Positions 62,357-64,000 of a DNA stretch of 64,000 bases are shown piece by piece (the stretch's first letter is position 1; every line of letters starts with the position of its first letter). The notes beneath the pieces were generated by a model that saw only the letters and a program-made list of their open reading frames with translations, ran no database searches and had not been told where the DNA came from. Origin of the DNA: Pseudomonadota bacterium (lineage in GTDB: Bacteria; Desulfobacterota; Desulfobulbia; Desulfobulbales; JAHJIY01); contig JAHJIY010000040.1 in assembly GCA_018823175.1 (NCBI GenBank), positions 16,888 to 80,887 of the forward strand, in the 5' to 3' direction. Position numbers and translations under genes: made by a program.

Positions 62357-63226
62357 ATGACCGACAAACCAAGAAAACCATGGCTGGCAGTCCTCCTGAC
62401 TTTTGCGACCCTTGGCCTGGGCCAGGTCTATGCCGGCGCCGCTCCAAAAGGGATTATTCTGTTCTTGGTCAATTTCATTTTCTCGCTGCTCTCGATTCCC
62501 TTCTGGCGACCGCAATATTTCAAAACGACCTTATTGGTTTCAGGATTGCTCGGCATTATATTTTTTATCTACTGCCTGTACGACGCCCTGAAATTATCAA
62601 AAGCACATAAATATTCCTACGAACTGAAAAGATACAACAAGTGGTATGTCTATCTGGCGATATTTATCATTAATTCATTTGTCTTCTCGCCGATCATCTC
62701 CGCGACCATTAAATCGTATATTGTTCAGGCCTACAAAATACCATCGGGCTCAATGTTGCCGACCATCCTCCTTGGTGATCACATCCTGGCCGACAAATAT
62801 ATCTATCGCTATAATCAACCCAAGCGAGGAGACATTGTCATCTTCTCGCAACCGGAAAACCCGGATCAGGACCTGATCAAACGGGTAATTGGGATTGCGG
62901 GCGACCTGATCGAAATAAAAGAGAAGCAACTATACCTGAACAACCATAAATACGAGGAAAGATACGCGGTGCATCGCGACCCGAGGATCATCCCCGGCGA
63001 CATTCAACCCCGCGACAACTTCGGGCCGTTTACGGTCCCGGATAATGCCGTATTTGTAATGGGTGACAACCGGGACAATAGTTACGACAGTAGATTTTTT
63101 GGGGCCATCGACCTGCCACAAATTGCCGGACAGGCCATAAACCTGTACTGGTCATGGGACAACGAAACCAACCAGGTCCGCTGGGAGCGAGTAGGAACCA
63201 AGATTGAAAATGAAACAACCGATTGA
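62357..63226 (+). CDS. lepB: Signal peptidase I
   Basis: ATG 62357 (the track ORF starts at 62246). TM helices, then the catalytic boxes IPSGSMLPTILLGDHILADK, RGDIVIF, IKRVIGIAGD and VMGDNRDNSYDSRFFG. Confidence 0.9.
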   Translation: MTDKPRKPWLAVLLTFATLGLGQVYAGAAPKGIILFLVNFIFSLLSIPFWRPQYFKTTLLVSGLLGIIFFIYCLYDALKLSKAHKYSYELKRYNKWYVYLAIFIINSFVFSPIISATIKSYIVQAYKIPSGSMLPTILLGDHILADKYIYRYNQPKRGDIVIFSQPENPDQDLIKRVIGIAGDLIEIKEKQLYLNNHKYEERYAVHRDPRIIPGDIQPRDNFGPFTVPDNAVFVMGDNRDNSYDSRFFGAIDLPQIAGQAINLYWSWDNETNQVRWERVGTKIENETTD

Positions 63227-63380
63227 ATACCGGCTGATGATCAGGCAAAACAAGAGGAAAAAAGATCCAATAAGACTATATGACCCGGAATAATCTATGA
63301 TAAGATAAACATGAAATAAATTGGCTAGCCACGTTGCGAGGCCTTGGGGAGATAATCAGTCTGATCAAACAGGAGTCATC

Positions 63381-64000
63381 ATGTTTTCAAAAAACATCAG
63401 ATATGTTTTCATCGTATCTGTTTTAGTTGCCATCATCTATCCACTGGCGAATATCTACCTTATCTTCCCGGGATTTTCCGACCTCTCGATCAAAAATGCC
63501 GAACAGAATGCCGAGCAGATCGGACTCTTCCTGTCAAAAACAATTGTCGCCGATAATAAAATAGAACTGACCAACCTGGACGAAATAATCAGGGCCGAGG
63601 CCATATTCAGCCTTGATAAGATAAAGGTCTTTTCAAGCGCCGGGATTACCCTATATTCAACGGACCCAGCCGATATATCAACGGAAAATACCAATCCCTA
63701 CTTCCATGAAATAGTGGCCAAGGGCAAAACCTTCACCAAATTTATCGTCAAGGACAGCGCCACCCTTGAAGGAGCAAAGGTTACTTCCGACGTGGTGGAA
63801 ACCTATGTGCCGATCATGGACGGCTCTGCCTTTTTAGGGGCCTTTGAGATTTATCAGAATATTACCGAAAGAAACACGGAACTCCACAAGACCGCCTCAA
63901 AATTCGCCATCTTCTCCATTATCCTGATGGCGGTTTTTCTGCTGGTGGTAATCGTGATACTCCTCAAAATTGATGATGATATTCTCAATCCCGATAAGCA
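63381..64000 (+). CDS. Membrane sensor protein, N-terminal part (TM - ~165-aa extracytoplasmic domain - TM); 3' end outside window
   Basis: Not in the track because it runs off the window. ATG 63381 with AGGAG 5 nt upstream, and an open frame to base 64000. MFSKNIRYVFIVSVLVAIIYPLANIYLIF ... second TM FAIFSIILMAVFLLVVIVILL. This topology is typical of sensor kinases and cyclases. Confidence 0.6.
   Translation, partial: MFSKNIRYVFIVSVLVAIIYPLANIYLIFPGFSDLSIKNAEQNAEQIGLFLSKTIVADNKIELTNLDEIIRAEAIFSLDKIKVFSSAGITLYSTDPADISTENTNPYFHEIVAKGKTFTKFIVKDSATLEGAKVTSDVVETYVPIMDGSAFLGAFEIYQNITERNTELHKTASKFAIFSIILMAVFLLVVIVILLKIDDDILNPDK

Overview
This 64-kb window looks like chromosomal DNA from a Gram-negative bacterium. 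The sigma-54 enhancer-binding protein, the haem-c DUF3365-type sensor kinase and the Cache/Hpt phosphorelay suit an anaerobic Deltaproteobacteria-like lineage, but the taxon cannot be fixed from sequence alone. The flanks (1-15.3 kb and 58.9-64 kb) carry ordinary envelope and signalling genes. On the left: a zinc-ribbon/pentapeptide-repeat membrane protein, a class-A PBP, a hybrid kinase, an FmdB zinc ribbon, DUF2721, a Cys-rich secreted protein, and an MFS transporter next to an ACP/acyl-AMP-ligase/acyltransferase fusion. On the right: an AlkP-TPR-sulfotransferase fusion, signal peptidase I and a partial sensor. The central ~43 kb (15.4-58.5 kb) is an island of six very large secreted repeat proteins (420-3107 aa), almost entirely on the minus strand. 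Four of them end in the same ~300-aa C-terminal domain (CTD), which I cannot assign to any family. Three of those four are followed by a 157-aa secreted protein (translationally coupled by ATGA overlap in the two intact copies) and then an Ig-like lipoprotein; the third copy of the 157-aa gene is frameshifted. The cassettes are interrupted by a three-gene phosphorelay ending in a sigma-54 activator, and one giant gene has a canonical -24/-12 promoter. The largest ORF begins with a reverse-transcriptase-like region (YMDE in place of YxDD) in frame with the adhesin body. Other observations are a 240-bp gene-conversion tract, internal tandem duplications, a REP-like element in three copies, a heptamer microsatellite and a BTAD-regulator remnant. 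I saw no rRNA, tRNA, CRISPR array, transposase, integrase or phage genes.
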